Shown here piece by piece: positions 51,401-64,000 of a stretch of DNA of 64,000 nt. Source of the DNA: Octopus vulgaris (taxonomy: Eukaryota); the NCBI GenBank assembly GCA_951406725.2, contig OX597822.1, positions 75,640,001 through 75,704,000 of the forward strand, read 5' to 3'. Position numbers and translations under genes: made by a program. How positions within the stretch are numbered: the stretch's first letter is position 1; every line of letters begins with the position of its first letter. The notes beneath the pieces were generated by a model that was not told where the DNA came from, did no database searches, and saw only the letters and a list, made by a program, of their open reading frames with translations.

Positions 51401-53638
51401 CCTACCACCCCTCCTACTTCTATTCCACCCACCCCTTCTCCACTTCCGTCTGTTGTTACCATTCCCCCCGATCTTCCCCTCTCTGCGGCTGAACGCTCCG
51501 TCCTTGGTAGGGGTCTGCGTTTCATCCCCCTCACTCCATCCTGTAAGGAATTCCAGACGCGAGTTGATGTCCACAGCTTTGTGCGCCGTGTCCGGTTGGG
51601 TGCGCATTACCACGACTCGCCACCCACACCCAACGAAGAGGACGACTGCTTCACTGGCCTGGGCCGCCGACCATCCCCGTGGACGCCTGCCCCTGGCCAG
51701 ATCCTAGCTGTGGATGTTTTCGCGGGCGCTTGTCAGCGTGCATTGGAGCGGTTCAACTTCTCCAGGCGCCAACGCCGCCTCAACATCTCCCCGGCTGAGC
51801 TCTTGGCTCTTCGTTCCCTCCAACGGCGCGCTGACATTATCATCAAACCGGCTGACAAGGGTGGAGCTGTAGTGGTGTGGCGCGCGGACCTCTATAGGGC
51901 CGAGGCTTTCCGCCAACTCAATGACACCTCCTTCTATTCCCCTCTGCCCTCTAACCCCACACGTAGCTACCAACAGACGGTATCCTCTACTGTCCAAGAC
52001 CTCATCTCGTCCTCCCGTCTCCCCCGCACCGCATCCAACCTTATTGTGCGAACCCCACGTACCCCCACCATTTACTTCCTCCCCAAAATCCACAAACCCA
52101 ACAACCCTGGCCGCTCCATCGTCTCCGCCTGTAACTGCCCCACGGAGCTCATCTCTAAATACCTCGACCGTGTCCTTGCCCCCCTAGTGGCATCTCTTCC
52201 CTCCCACATCCACGATACCAACCATGCTCTCCGGCTTTTCAACTCTTTCTCCTTTCCTCCCGGCTCCTCCAAAATCCTTTTTACTATGGACATCCAAAGC
52301 CTCTATACTGTTATCCCTCACCACGAAGGACTGCAGGCCCTTCGACACTTTCTTGACCTCCGCTCTAACCCTGTACCTGACACCTCCACACTCATTCGTC
52401 TGGCCGAACTTGTCCTTACTCTGAACTGCTTCTCGTTCGCGGGCGAGTTCTACCATCAGGTCTCGGGAGTGGCCATGGGAGCGCGAATGGGCCCCAACTA
52501 TGCGAACCTGTTCGTTGGCTATGTTGAGGCCCAAATATTCTCTAATTTCACTGGTCCCACTCCTGAACTATATGGTCGTTATATTGACGACATTATCGGT
52601 GCCACCTCACTCTCCCGCGAACATCTAGATTCCTTCCTCTCTTTCGTCCAATCTTTCCATCCAGCCCTCCACTTCACTTCCACTATCTCCAACACCTCTG
52701 TCTCCTTCCTCGACATTTCGGTTAGCATTCTTCACTCCACTCTTACCACCTCCATTCACTACAAACACACAGAATCACACTCATACCTCAACTTCTCTTC
52801 CTCCCACCCAGAACACACCAAGCTTTCCATCCCCTATTCCCAATTCCTCCGTCTACGTAGGCTCTGTAGTGACGACCATGACTTTGAGACTCAGTCTCAA
52901 CGTATGGCTCACCACTTCACCCTACGTGGATACCCCCTCACCACTATCCACACCGCCCTTGCCAGAGCACGGTCCGTGGACCGTGTATCTGCTCTCTCTC
53001 CCCGAACCCGCCCTGTAGTCTCCCGCCTCCCTTTTCCCCTCACTTACCACCCCACGACCCTACGTCTCCAACGCACCATTCTTCGAGCTTTCCGTCATCT
53101 CCAGTCCGACCCGTCCACTTCACACCTCTTCCCTAACCGACCCCTCCCCTCTTTCAAACGAGCCCACAACCTTCGAGACCTTTTGGTCCATAGCTCCTTC
53201 CCTGACCCTACCTCCCAACCCGGCTCGTTCCTCTGCTCCCGCCCACGTTGCCGCACTTGCCCTTACCTCTCCAACACCACCCGCCTCACTAGCACCCACC
53301 ATCGACCCTATCCCATCATCCACTCCTTCACCTGCACCTCCAGCAATATTATCTATTGCATCTCTTGCTCTCTCTGCAATTCCTTGTACATCGGACAAAC
53401 GGGACGTCGCTTGGCTGACCGGTTCGCGGAACACCTTCGTGACATCCACCTTGCGAACGACACACCGGTCTCACGCCATTTCCGCTCCACCGGTCACTCC
53501 TTGCAACACCTATCTGTGTTCGGTTTGTCCTTACACAGAGGCCATCCGGATTCCCGTTTGCGCCGTGAACAGGAATTAATCTTCTCTCTTCGCTCTTATA
53601 CGCCATTTGGTCTCAACTCTCCCCCCCTCCTCATCTAA
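51335..53638 (+). CDS. PLE reverse transcriptase + GIY-YIG endonuclease (frame open from 51335)
   Basis: VVTIPPDLPLSAAERSVLGRGLRFIP, IIKPADKGGAVV, LPKIHKP, TMDIQSLYT, GVAMG, RYIDD, SFLDI, Cys linker CSRPRCRTC..C, IIYCISCSLCNSLYIGQTGR..RFAEH..HF...H, PFGLN. Confidence 0.95.
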   Translation, partial: PYCPSQPAPHTSPIPPPQTSTRPTTPPTSIPPTPSPLPSVVTIPPDLPLSAAERSVLGRGLRFIPLTPSCKEFQTRVDVHSFVRRVRLGAHYHDSPPTPNEEDDCFTGLGRRPSPWTPAPGQILAVDVFAGACQRALERFNFSRRQRRLNISPAELLALRSLQRRADIIIKPADKGGAVVVWRADLYRAEAFRQLNDTSFYSPLPSNPTRSYQQTVSSTVQDLISSSRLPRTASNLIVRTPRTPTIYFLPKIHKPNNPGRSIVSACNCPTELISKYLDRVLAPLVASLPSHIHDTNHALRLFNSFSFPPGSSKILFTMDIQSLYTVIPHHEGLQALRHFLDLRSNPVPDTSTLIRLAELVLTLNCFSFAGEFYHQVSGVAMGARMGPNYANLFVGYVEAQIFSNFTGPTPELYGRYIDDIIGATSLSREHLDSFLSFVQSFHPALHFTSTISNTSVSFLDISVSILHSTLTTSIHYKHTESHSYLNFSSSHPEHTKLSIPYSQFLRLRRLCSDDHDFETQSQRMAHHFTLRGYPLTTIHTALARARSVDRVSALSPRTRPVVSRLPFPLTYHPTTLRLQRTILRAFRHLQSDPSTSHLFPNRPLPSFKRAHNLRDLLVHSSFPDPTSQPGSFLCSRPRCRTCPYLSNTTRLTSTHHRPYPIIHSFTCTSSNIIYCISCSLCNSLYIGQTGRRLADRFAEHLRDIHLANDTPVSRHFRSTGHSLQHLSVFGLSLHRGHPDSRLRREQELIFSLRSYTPFGLNSPPLLI

Positions 53639-54024
53639 CCCCCCTCTCCTCACCTATCCTTTCTCCCCCCGACCCTTACTTCTTCAGTCCTTCATCCTTT
53701 CACCCCTACTCCCCTTCCCTTCTTCCCTCTTTCTCCCTCCCTCTTCCCCTTCCCTCTGCTCCCTCACTCCCTCTCTCCCCTTCTCTCTCCCCTTCTCTCT
53801 CCCCTTCTCTCTCCCCTTCTCTCTCCCCCTCTCCCTCTTTCCTCCTTCATCCCCCTCCTCCCCTTCATTCTCCCCATCCTCTCCTCTCCCCCCTTCTCCT
53901 CCCCCTCTTCTTCACCTCCCCTTCCCTCCCCCTCTTCCTCCCTCTTCTCCCCCCTCTTCTCCCCCTCCCCCTCTTCTCCTCACTACACCACATGACTTTA
54001 CACATCACATCACATATGATGTGC

Positions 54025-54362
54025 CATACTAATACACACACCAACTAATACATACTAATACGTACTAATACATACTAGTACATACTAATACTTACACCAA
54101 CCCTATACATACACACGTCCAGACCCCGCATACGCACTTATACTCTCTCACACACACACACACACCTATACATACCAATACGTACTAATACATACTAATA
54201 CATACTAATACATACACCAACCCCATACATACGCACGTCCAGACCAATCCTACGCACTAATACTCTCTCATACAGACACACACACACACACACACCCTTA
54301 TACATACTAATACATACACCAACCCTATACATACACATATCCAGACCCCTCCCACGCACTAT
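54025..54362 (+). repeat. Tandem ~120-bp units containing (CATACTAATA)n in the PLE 3' region
   Basis: ACACCAACCC.ATACATAC..A..TCCAGACC recurs three times. Confidence 0.85.
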
Positions 54363-54531
54363 CAGCTGGTCCCTCAACCCTTTTATCAACCCTATTATCT
54401 CCCCTTATTTCGCTCTCGCGTCTCATGTTTGATCTTTGACCTCTGGCCGAAATCAGATCGCCATGTTGATTCGTTAGCTATTGCACGCATTTTTTTCTCT
54501 CCTTCTTTCTGTGTTTTTCTCTCTCTGTGTA

Positions 54532-54569
54532 TCTTTCTGTTGAAGAGCGTAGGCTCGAAACGTTAAAGA
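54532..54569 (+). ncRNA. Minimal type I hammerhead ribozyme of the PLE
   Basis: TCTTT-CTGTTGA-A-GAGC(GTAG)GCTC-GAAA-CGT-T-AAAGA: 5-bp stem I, 4-bp stem II, loopless palindromic stem III (ACGT) implying dimeric folding. Confidence 0.8.
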
Positions 54570-54666
54570 CTTGTTTTATTTATATTTCCTGAGCGCCATA
54601 CTAATACAATTGTTCGTTTGTTTTCCACCTGCCTTCGTCTTTTGTTTATTTTCATAAAGCTTCCCG

Positions 54667-54721
<55 letters not shown>

Positions 54722-55404
54722 TGTGTATATGTATAATGTGTATATATTGAGTGAAACTCGAGTTAAAACAAAAACAATATAACATTTAAACTAAAGGGTT
54801 ATTTAATACTTTTTGAAGAGTTTGTATTTATTATGCTTTTACATGATGAGGGGTGACAGGGACTTCGAAGTTTCGATGGTCGCAGGACGAAGCCATTATA
54901 GTCTGTCTTCTTGTAAAAGTACAATGAACACACTCGCACACACGTATGCATATGTGTGTGTGTGTGTGTGTATCAATTCATTCATGATTATACGGACAGA
55001 TATGACCACCCACACATATTCATGAATAGAAAGATATCTCTCTCTCTCTCTATCTTTCTTTTTATATCTACATATATATACACATACATACTTAGTGCAG
55101 AAATATACATAATATTCATAATAAATACATGCGCATTCTCCCACTCGATGTGCATTCATGCTTATACACATGCAAACCAAAAAATTAATTATAGTAATTA
55201 AAGAATAAAACAAAATAAACGATGGAGCACTTTAAAAACACGGTAGGTATTTAAAAAATATATATCTACAAGATATAACAAACCTCACAAAATATTCTGG
55301 AACAAAATTTCCATCCAGAGTATGTATATCTACATATATATATTTGTGTGTGTATATATATATATATATGTATGTATATATAATTGTGTATATATATATA
55401 ACTG

Positions 55405-55442
<38 letters not shown>

Positions 55443-55641
55443 AGTATATATTCTCACACACACATATGGTGGAGCCTTGAATATTTCCCGATCTATCGTA
55501 AAGAAATTAGATTATAATAATAATTGTGTCGACATATGATACACTACGCCATTTTTCTTTCTCTCTCCGCATATTTCTATATTCGCCACCTTTTCTTTCG
55601 CTCGGTGTTAATTCATTACTCAATCTCTCTTCCTCTCCTCC

Positions 55642-55674
<33 letters not shown>

Positions 55675-57000
55675 CTGTTTTCGCTCTTTAATTTTCTTCC
55701 AATTGTTTTTTTTTTCGCTTCGCCAAAAATATAACTAAAAGAAATTCTTCATATTTGCAACAAGTCTTTGCAATTACCATTTGATTTCATTTTTAATTCC
55801 TTTTATCTTCGTCTTTTTTCCTTTCATTCTGCCCATTCTTATTGCTCCCTTCTCTCTTCATGTCTTCATTCATCATTCTTTTCATAGCGGCAGCATAGAT
55901 GAAAAAGTAATATCGCCTTTTTAGCCCGAAGTAACTACGTTTCACCATCTAATTATATAATATATTTAATGAGAGCATAGCATCTCGCCCCACCTACACA
56001 CACACAGACACACACGCACACACACACGGTCGTACACACACGAGTGCGCGCGAACACGTAATCATTTTCTAAGAATATAATACATACTATATTTTATCTC
56101 TTACACAAACGCACACAGATACATGCTCACATTCACACGCATGCTCATACACAAGATCTCCCTACAAGGCAAACAGTATATTTTCCCACTGCTACCACCG
56201 CCATTTTAAACACACCTACACATATACACATACGCTGAAAAACGCGCGTAGATACACTTATTTAGATACAAAAGTTCAATAAAGCCTCATAAAAAAATAT
56301 GAATAACAAATGAAGAAACAAACGTACGAAAAAGCAAAGGGAGAAAAATAAAACTCGAAAATCAAGTCAACCCCTGTAGGCCCAAAATATTCTGTTTCGT
56401 TATTGTCAAATGGTCCGTTCATGAATGCAGACAACCGAAAGATTCTATGAAAGAAGAATACGCGCACACACACGCACACATACACATGCGCACACATGCA
56501 CACGTATGGAATCATACACACACATACACACGTAAAACGCACACACTTGTACACGCACACAAACGAAAAAAATTCAGTTATCATGCAATAATATTTAAGC
56601 AATTGTTAGTTCTTTGCACAGAAAGAAAAAATCATAAAATAGAATAAAAACAAATCAGAAAACAGTTAACAGAATCAACAAAAACTCTACATTCTTCTAG
56701 AGAATCGGGTTTGGAGCAACCATTGTTATTTTATTGCATGTAAGAAGCCATTATCATTAAGACGAAAAATAGAAGATTTTTGAGTATTTTTTTAAACAAA
56801 TATACATGGCGTTTCCACTGGTATTGAGAAGCGCCATACTGTGTTAGCGAGTGTATGTATGTATGTATGTATGTATGTATGTATGTATGTATGTATGTAT
56901 GTATGTATGTTGCTCTGTTGAGTTTGGTTTTCCATGTGCCACCTACGGATTGTCTATATATATGTGTGTGTCTGTGTGCATGTGTGAGAGAGAGAATGTG

Positions 57001-57040
<40 letters not shown>

Positions 57041-57136
57041 AAGTTATCTATCTGTGTCTCTATATGAGTATATATATATGTGCGTGTGTATATTTATATA
57101 TATATATATACACATATACATGCATACAAACATTTA

Positions 57137-57190
<54 letters not shown>

Positions 57191-58079
57191 TATGTATGTT
57201 TGCATGTATATGCGCCGCGTGTGTTTGTGTAGTCTCCAATGGATTATAAATTAATAATCTAGCCCCTATGGTTTCCCGCCAACAAATTAGTCAGCAATTA
57301 TTCAACCAGCATTACAAATAACATTCCGCCATTATCGCTGATGAAAAGATGACGTGGGATCACAAGTCAACACTTAGTCTTCGGACCACCCCGATATTAA
57401 CTGAAGTCACACAATGTTCATCCATCTGACCACAAATTTATCGAATCGTATTTATTATTCAAACCACGCTTATGCAGCGCCTGAATGGGTAACAAAAATA
57501 CACGTCTGTATGTGTACGTAAACGTATGAATATGTCATACGCGTACTTTGCGTACATCATCCTAATGGAAACCGGGTTCACCACTAATCTCATGTGTAAT
57601 ATATGTATGAGCTACATAATCAACGCCGACAAAGCAAGAGAAAATTTGAATAAACTACGAAATAATCTTGGATGAACGTGTACAGCGAACAAACAACTTC
57701 GCTGAAAAGGTCTAAACGTCTCCCGTGAGAGTTTCTTTACGCTAAGCTAAAGTGGAAGTGTTTAAACTCCAATGTCTTTATATTGCGATTTGAGGTATTG
57801 CTCGGAGCTGTTACATGTACTTCTTATACATCTATTATTTCAGTTCATGCATCTATAAAATGACCTAGCCTTTGAGATGTGGATGGATATAAGTTGGTTC
57901 TCCTACCAAACTAAAAAAAGGTGTCTAAACCATGTTTCATTAACAGTTCGGTTTAGAAGGTGTGAAAATGAATCCGAACGTGTTACGCAATAAAACAACC
58001 ACATCCGTCTATGGCAACAGGATCCTGCCAACAGTCACTACATTTCTCACATTACTCATACGAAACACTATATATGTAC

Positions 58080-58163
<84 letters not shown>

Positions 58164-58744
58164 TTATTTATCTATATCTATCTATGTGTATGTGTTCCAT
58201 GTATATTTGTACATATATGATGGAGTCTCCAGTCCAAAACGACGGATGAGCGTTCAGTTTTTGCCGAGCGACGCATACAAAAGATTTGTTTATAGAGATC
58301 AAGTGTTCGTGCCGCGCATTAGCTCACTCTCTGTATCAAATCGACGTTATCTGACCAGGGGGACGGAGTACCACACGTCGAAGTGATGGCAGAGCAACCT
58401 GAGATAAAATGTTTTGCTGAAGAACACACGACGTTACTCGGTCTAGGAATTGAAATCACGGTCTCATACCGTGAATGCAACATCCTAACCACTAATCCAA
58501 TGCACTCTTCCTATGTACACACACACACACACACACACACACACGTATGTGTGTGTATGCGTGTGTGTGTGTGTGAATATCTTCCTATTTACTCTTCACA
58601 CGTAAAGGCAGTAGACGTAAAATACTGTGTCCAACCCACTCGTCTCCTTGAAGTACGGAATTCTGAGACTCTATTGTTTAGACATATTTTGACTCGTCAG
58701 TCAAAAGTATCCGAAACTTTGAATTTGAGAGTAACCAAAGCTTG

Positions 58745-59110
58745 TGGCGACCAGTCTGACCAATGTATTCAGTGTACAGTTGATATATTAGAAGACGTCA
58801 ATAGAGGAAACTTTTAGTAGGTACATATTGCTCAGGTACAGCGTCGTTTAAAGAACATATTGTGTTATGTGATCCTGCCTGGTTGACGCCTAAAGATGAA
58901 TGGTAACTTCCAGCTGGGACATCTTTGATTACAACGCAGACCAACTGCTAAACAATGGGAACATTCGATCGACTATATTACATATATTGACTTGAGTAAA
59001 GCTGAACAGAGTTACAAAGTAAAAACAACTGGAGATAAACTCTTGTATGATAGTCATGAAATCACTCGACTGGTATATATTGCTTGGTTGCCAGATAAAT
59101 TCCTTCGTTC
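58745..59110 (+). pseudogene. Highly decayed LINE RT fragment
   Basis: WRPV.LT.V and IDYITYIDLSKA...KLL resemble the RP.SLT and Y.D.SKAFD motifs; many stops and frameshifts. Confidence 0.4.
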
Positions 59111-59529
59111 CTCCCACTTTTATTTTTAATCATTTCCAATGTTATTTCAATTAACTTGCAAAATATTTTTATCGTTGTGATTTGTCTTGCTTTCCTTTGT
59201 AGCTTTGTTCTTGCTCTACAAATGTCGTTCATCGCTTTTGAAATTTGAATCATATTTACCTCTTTTCGGACATACGATCATAGAGTTTGAAACAGAAAAG
59301 GAAGAAATTTATCTGACAATAGTATATCCTCATAAGAATCATAAAACAGAAAAATTCATCTTCAACGGGAATTGAAATCACATCTAAGGAAATTAAGTGG
59401 ACGACTTACAGATTGTCATCTCTTGAGCTAACGATTCAATCTAAATGGATATGGCGGTCCAAACAGTATATTGCTACATTATTTAAACTCGCTATTCTGT
59501 ATCGCTTCTACAATATATTATGCTCTTTA

Positions 59530-59975
59530 GGCGGCGAGTTGGCAGAAACGTTAGCACGCCGGGCGAAATGCTTAGCAGTATTTCGTCTGTCTTTACATTC
59601 TGAATTCAAATTCCGCTGAGGTTGACTTTGCCTTTCATCCTCTCTGGGTCGATAAATTAAGTACCAGTTGTTTACTGGAGTCGATCTAATCGACTGGCCT
59701 CCTCCCCCAAAATTTGGGCCTTGTGCCTAGAGTAGAAAAGAATATATTATGCCCTTTAGGCGGCGAGCTGGCAGAATAGTTATCACGCGAACTGCCTAGC
59801 GGTAATTCGTCTGTCTTTACTTTCTGAGTTCAAATTCCGCCGAGGTCAATTTTGCCTTTCATTATTTTGGGGTCGATAAATTAATTACCAGTTGCGTACT
59901 GGGGTTGATCTAATCGACTGGCCCCCTCCCCAAAACTTTCGGGCCTTGTGCCTAGTGTAGAAATATATATTATGC
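59530..59975 (+). mobile_element. Two head-to-tail SINE family C copies
   Basis: Two ~230-bp units separated and flanked by AATATATTATGC.CT. Confidence 0.85.
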
Positions 59976-60624
59976 TCTTCTCACTTAGCATGATGCACTA
60001 TAGCTACATTCGATCACACTTGAAGGAAAAACTCTCTACGTGCTCGCTAATAATTTCAGAAACAGAAAAATCTCACTAAATTCTCGCTATACATTCTTAA
60101 GAACACATCCAATATTGTAGCCCAGAGTACGACATAACAGTGGAAAATATCAAACGGCCGTTGGTGGAACTAGCACTGATCAGATGAGTTTTTGATTAGG
60201 GCAATCTGGAGCCAAAGAGAAACAAAAGATCAACAACAACAACCGCTTATTCTGCCGTAATCCTGCACAAGATCTTCCTCCTTCGGGAATTTTTCATCTA
60301 CGAAAAGATTTTTTAGAGGCGTCGTCGACCTATACAAGTTCAAAGCGAAAAAAAATCAACCATATCAGCATCGACAGCACTTAGAGCTGTAAACGCCATG
60401 GTTTCCATTGCTTATTGCTTGAATATATAATTTTAAATATCTACAATAGATCAGCCTCATCCTCGTGGTATGATTTATTATCTCTTTTTCGATTAATGCT
60501 ACAGAAACCGATATAAACACCAGCTGTATTGATCACCATGATTTGGAAGAAGATTAGCATGTATCTACACAAATAAACATACGCACACACTCTTTCACAC
60601 ACAAATATACACACACACACACAC

Positions 60625-60661
<37 letters not shown>

Positions 60662-60760
60662 CGTGTGAGGTGGGGTATGTGTGTATTTATGATAGCACTT
60701 CGATTATTTATCCTTTACATTTGCGTTCTTATATATGTATATACATTTGTGTGTGCGTGC

Positions 60761-60820
<60 letters not shown>

Positions 60821-61152
60821 TTATATATATGTAGGTAGATACATACATACATATGTACATATATTTATATACATATATATAAATATATTTATAGATATAT
60901 ATATATATATGTATATATGTTTGTATATATGTATATATATATATATATATATACATGTGTGTATAGGTACATATATTCGTTGCAAATTTGTGGGTCTTTA
61001 GACATATATACACACATGCATATATGTAAGTATATATACGTGAATATGCACATATGTACATAAACACACATGCACACACACACACATATATATATGTATG
61101 TATGTATCTATCTATCTATATATATACATACATACATACATACATACATACA

Positions 61153-61239
<87 letters not shown>

Positions 61240-62299
61240 AGGTTAGAAACACTAAACTGTAGATTAGACAGAGATTGATAAAAGATTAAAGATGAAAGCG
61301 CGTAGGGAGGAGAACGTAATTAGAGTGTGTAGAGTTTCTATTTTTCTCGGGTGATGATAAGCGAAGTGAAAATAAATAGCTACAACCAAGAATAGCGGAA
61401 ACGTTCGTCAAAGCCTCTGCTCCATGCGATTGTTATCTCTTCGCCTATGATTCTCGAAGGAGTATACAATACTAATTCTTTATAGGTGTTCTAAACAGGC
61501 CGACGTTTAGGACATGAAGTCGATGTAGTAATACATAGCTATAAAAAGAGCTATAGATCGAAAGCACTGTTGACTGCGGGTGTATACATTATACATGTAA
61601 ATACTTTTGTGTACATATATGTGAGTGTATGTTTGTCTGTGTGTGTGACCTATGTCTATATATATATATATATATGGGCAGATGTTTGAAACGGGAAAAA
61701 GCTTTAATATCCGTTTTGGCAACAGAAAAAGAAAAAAAAGGGAGAGTTAAGTTGATATTTCGGGCTGTTGTCCATTATTGGGGATGAAGGAATTGCTTAC
61801 TTTAAGGTAATTGAAACTCACTGAACTGTCTTCTTGTAAACATTGTTCGGCATCGTTAAGCGCAAAATGCTTGCTCATAAATTATTATTTTGCACTCTTA
61901 CACACCATATTTTATCATTTTATGTTTTTACATATGTATGCCTATAGATATGAACACACACACACACACATATATATATATATTTATATATATATATATA
62001 AATATATTATATATATATAATATATATATGTATATATGCGTGTGTATATGTGTGTATATATACATATATCTATATATATATACGTATATATATATATATG
62101 TGTGTGTATATATATATGTAATATGTATATATGTATATATATGTATATTTATGTTTGTATATGTATAAGTATATATATATGTATATATATGTGTATATAT
62201 ATGAATATATATATGTATATATATGTGTATGTATTTATATATATATGTTTATATATATGCATATATATATGTAAATATATATATATATATATGTTTATG

Positions 62300-62331
<32 letters not shown>

Positions 62332-62457
62332 CATATGTATATATGTATATATTTATGTGTATATGCATATGTATATATATATATGTGTGTGTATCTGTAT
62401 ATATGTATATATATATATATGAACCTATATATATATATATATGTATTTTATTGTATG

Positions 62458-62494
<37 letters not shown>
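60625..62494. repeat. Degenerate (TA)n/(TG)n microsatellite fields with unique spacer 61240-61950
   Basis: Direct inspection. Confidence 0.9.
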
Positions 62495-62497
<3 letters not shown>

Positions 62498-62900
62498 AAA
62501 TTAAAGACGGAAAATGGGCACACTTTGCATAGTTTTAATAAAAATTTTAATATATCTTATATTGTGTTTGTCGACCGGTTTTGCCTTCGTTAATCATTAC
62601 ATTAAAATTTATTTAATACGTATTTTCTTAAGAAAAGTTTGTTTTGTCCTTGTTTTGTGTGGAGTTTATGAATGAAAGATTCAACAAGTTGAACATTTTT
62701 TCTTCTTGAATCTTTCATTCATAAACTCCACACACAATATGGACAAAAAATATTTTCGAAAGAAAATACGTATTTGAATAAATTCTAATTTCATGATTAG
62801 CGAAGGCGAATCTGGTCGACAAACACAATATGGGATATATTAAAAATTTGATTAAAACTATGTAAAGTGTGTGAATTTTCTTTCTTCAGTTTCTTATATA
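62491..62900. repeat. ~410-bp imperfect palindrome (arms 62491-62684 and 62706-62900)
   Basis: Arms align end to end as reverse complements; innermost 29 bp perfect; 21-nt loop. Confidence 0.92.
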
Positions 62901-62938
62901 TTTTACACAACTCACCTAATCGAAACTCCCTTTCTGCT

Positions 62939-63015
<77 letters not shown>

Positions 63016-63057
63016 ATATATATACATATATATGTATGTATATGTATCTATGTTTAT

Positions 63058-63440
63058 GTCAGGACACTTTCGAGTGCTAATGGTAACGTGTAACCCAGTA
63101 CAACCTGTTGCATGGTCGGGTCGTCGGCGAATAAACCGGCAACCCCACCAAGCTTGCTTGGTGTGGAGGGTGTTTATTGGACACCCTGCGAGATGAAAAA
63201 CAAAACCCGTCAAAGGGCGGAGGAACTTGAGAGTCAACGGCCATCCAATAAATGTCTTAAGGTTGTATCATGTGCGGGGACATAGAAATAATCGGACTGA
63301 ATACCCGATCGCGCGGTTAAACCATTGGGAGTGAAGGACTCCTAGCCTTTGTCAGGGCATCCTTCTAGGAGAAGGCAACTTAGGTAACTGGGATAACTCC
63401 GACATAAAACCTGCGGCTAAGTGGTTACCGATGATGTTGA
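63058..63440 (+). mobile_element. GC-richer non-coding interspersed element, possibly an RTE 5'UTR derivative
   Basis: Sharp compositional boundary after a TA tract; contains GGGCATCCTTCTAGGAGAAGGCAACT, reminiscent of a CTAGGAGAAGG box recalled from RTE-type leaders. Confidence 0.4.
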
Positions 63441-63613
63441 TTTGTTCTTCTTTTCGGATTATGGCTGCTGTTGCTTAGTGAGTGGGATTGACTCAGTGCA
63501 CAGCCTTTCCTCACTTAAAAAATTATCCTTGCACAGGCATTGCACGATAACAACATTGATTAAGCTTCGTGCAGTGGCCATACTCGATTACGAGGGGGCA
63601 GCCACCATGTATG

Positions 63614-63644
<31 letters not shown>

Positions 63645-64000
63645 GTATGTATGTATGTGTGTATGTATGTATGTATGTATGTATGTATGTATGTATGTAT
63701 GTATGTATGTATGTATGTATATATACCACCTGGGCTGTATATATACATATATACTAAATAGAGAAAATGATTGAAACCTTTTTATTTAATAATTGAAAAC
63801 AGTAAAATAAATATTCTAGAGTTTATCGTATAGATTGTTAGCGTTTCATGTATCCCCCTTTTGCCTTTAGAGCTGCTTATATGCGTTTTTGCATCCAAAT
63901 TGGCGAAAGTGGCTTGGTCAATTTTCTGCTAAACATTATATGATACTAACTTTATTACCTATGTTTTCATTGAATATATCATTAAACACTTATTAGTGGT

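Larger units (their letters stand above)
50317..54667 (+). mobile_element. Penelope-like retroelement, Neptune type, between (TA)n tracts
   Basis: RT + GIY-YIG ORF, direct repeats either side of the ORF, terminal hammerhead, (TA)n at both boundaries. Confidence 0.93.

Noticed and set aside
51335-54667. Selenocysteine recoding as in Naiad PLEs
   Set aside because: No in-frame TGA in the RT/EN frame; the ORF ends in TAA and the linker is Neptune-like
63089-63140. Possible minimal HDV-like ribozyme at the start of the 63058 element
   Set aside because: P1 and P2 need several mismatches and there is no CC/GG P1.1

Overview
AT-rich, microsatellite-dense eukaryotic DNA with no recognisable host protein-coding gene. 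The tRNA-derived SINE families resemble those described from octopus, so a cephalopod origin is inferred but not proven. Almost all listed ORFs are microsatellite or SINE artefacts. The main coding feature is a near-intact Neptune-type Penelope-like retroelement (about 50.3-54.7 kb) with RT and GIY-YIG domains, one frameshift, flanking direct repeats and a minimal hammerhead ribozyme. Other elements are two 5'-truncated R4/Dong-like LINEs plus two copies of a ~455-bp non-coding element stacked in (TAA)n; relics of RTE, CR1/L2-like LINEs and a Tc1/mariner-like transposon; two non-autonomous Helitrons; foldback/MITE elements; and more than 30 SINE copies or fragments. The most interesting signal is a set of about 8 hammerhead-ribozyme motifs of several architectures, read by eye on both strands. 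Most sit in short non-coding modules at or near (TA)n tracts, suggesting a PLE-dependent, retrozyme-like system. All calls were made by eye and coordinates of degraded elements are approximate.
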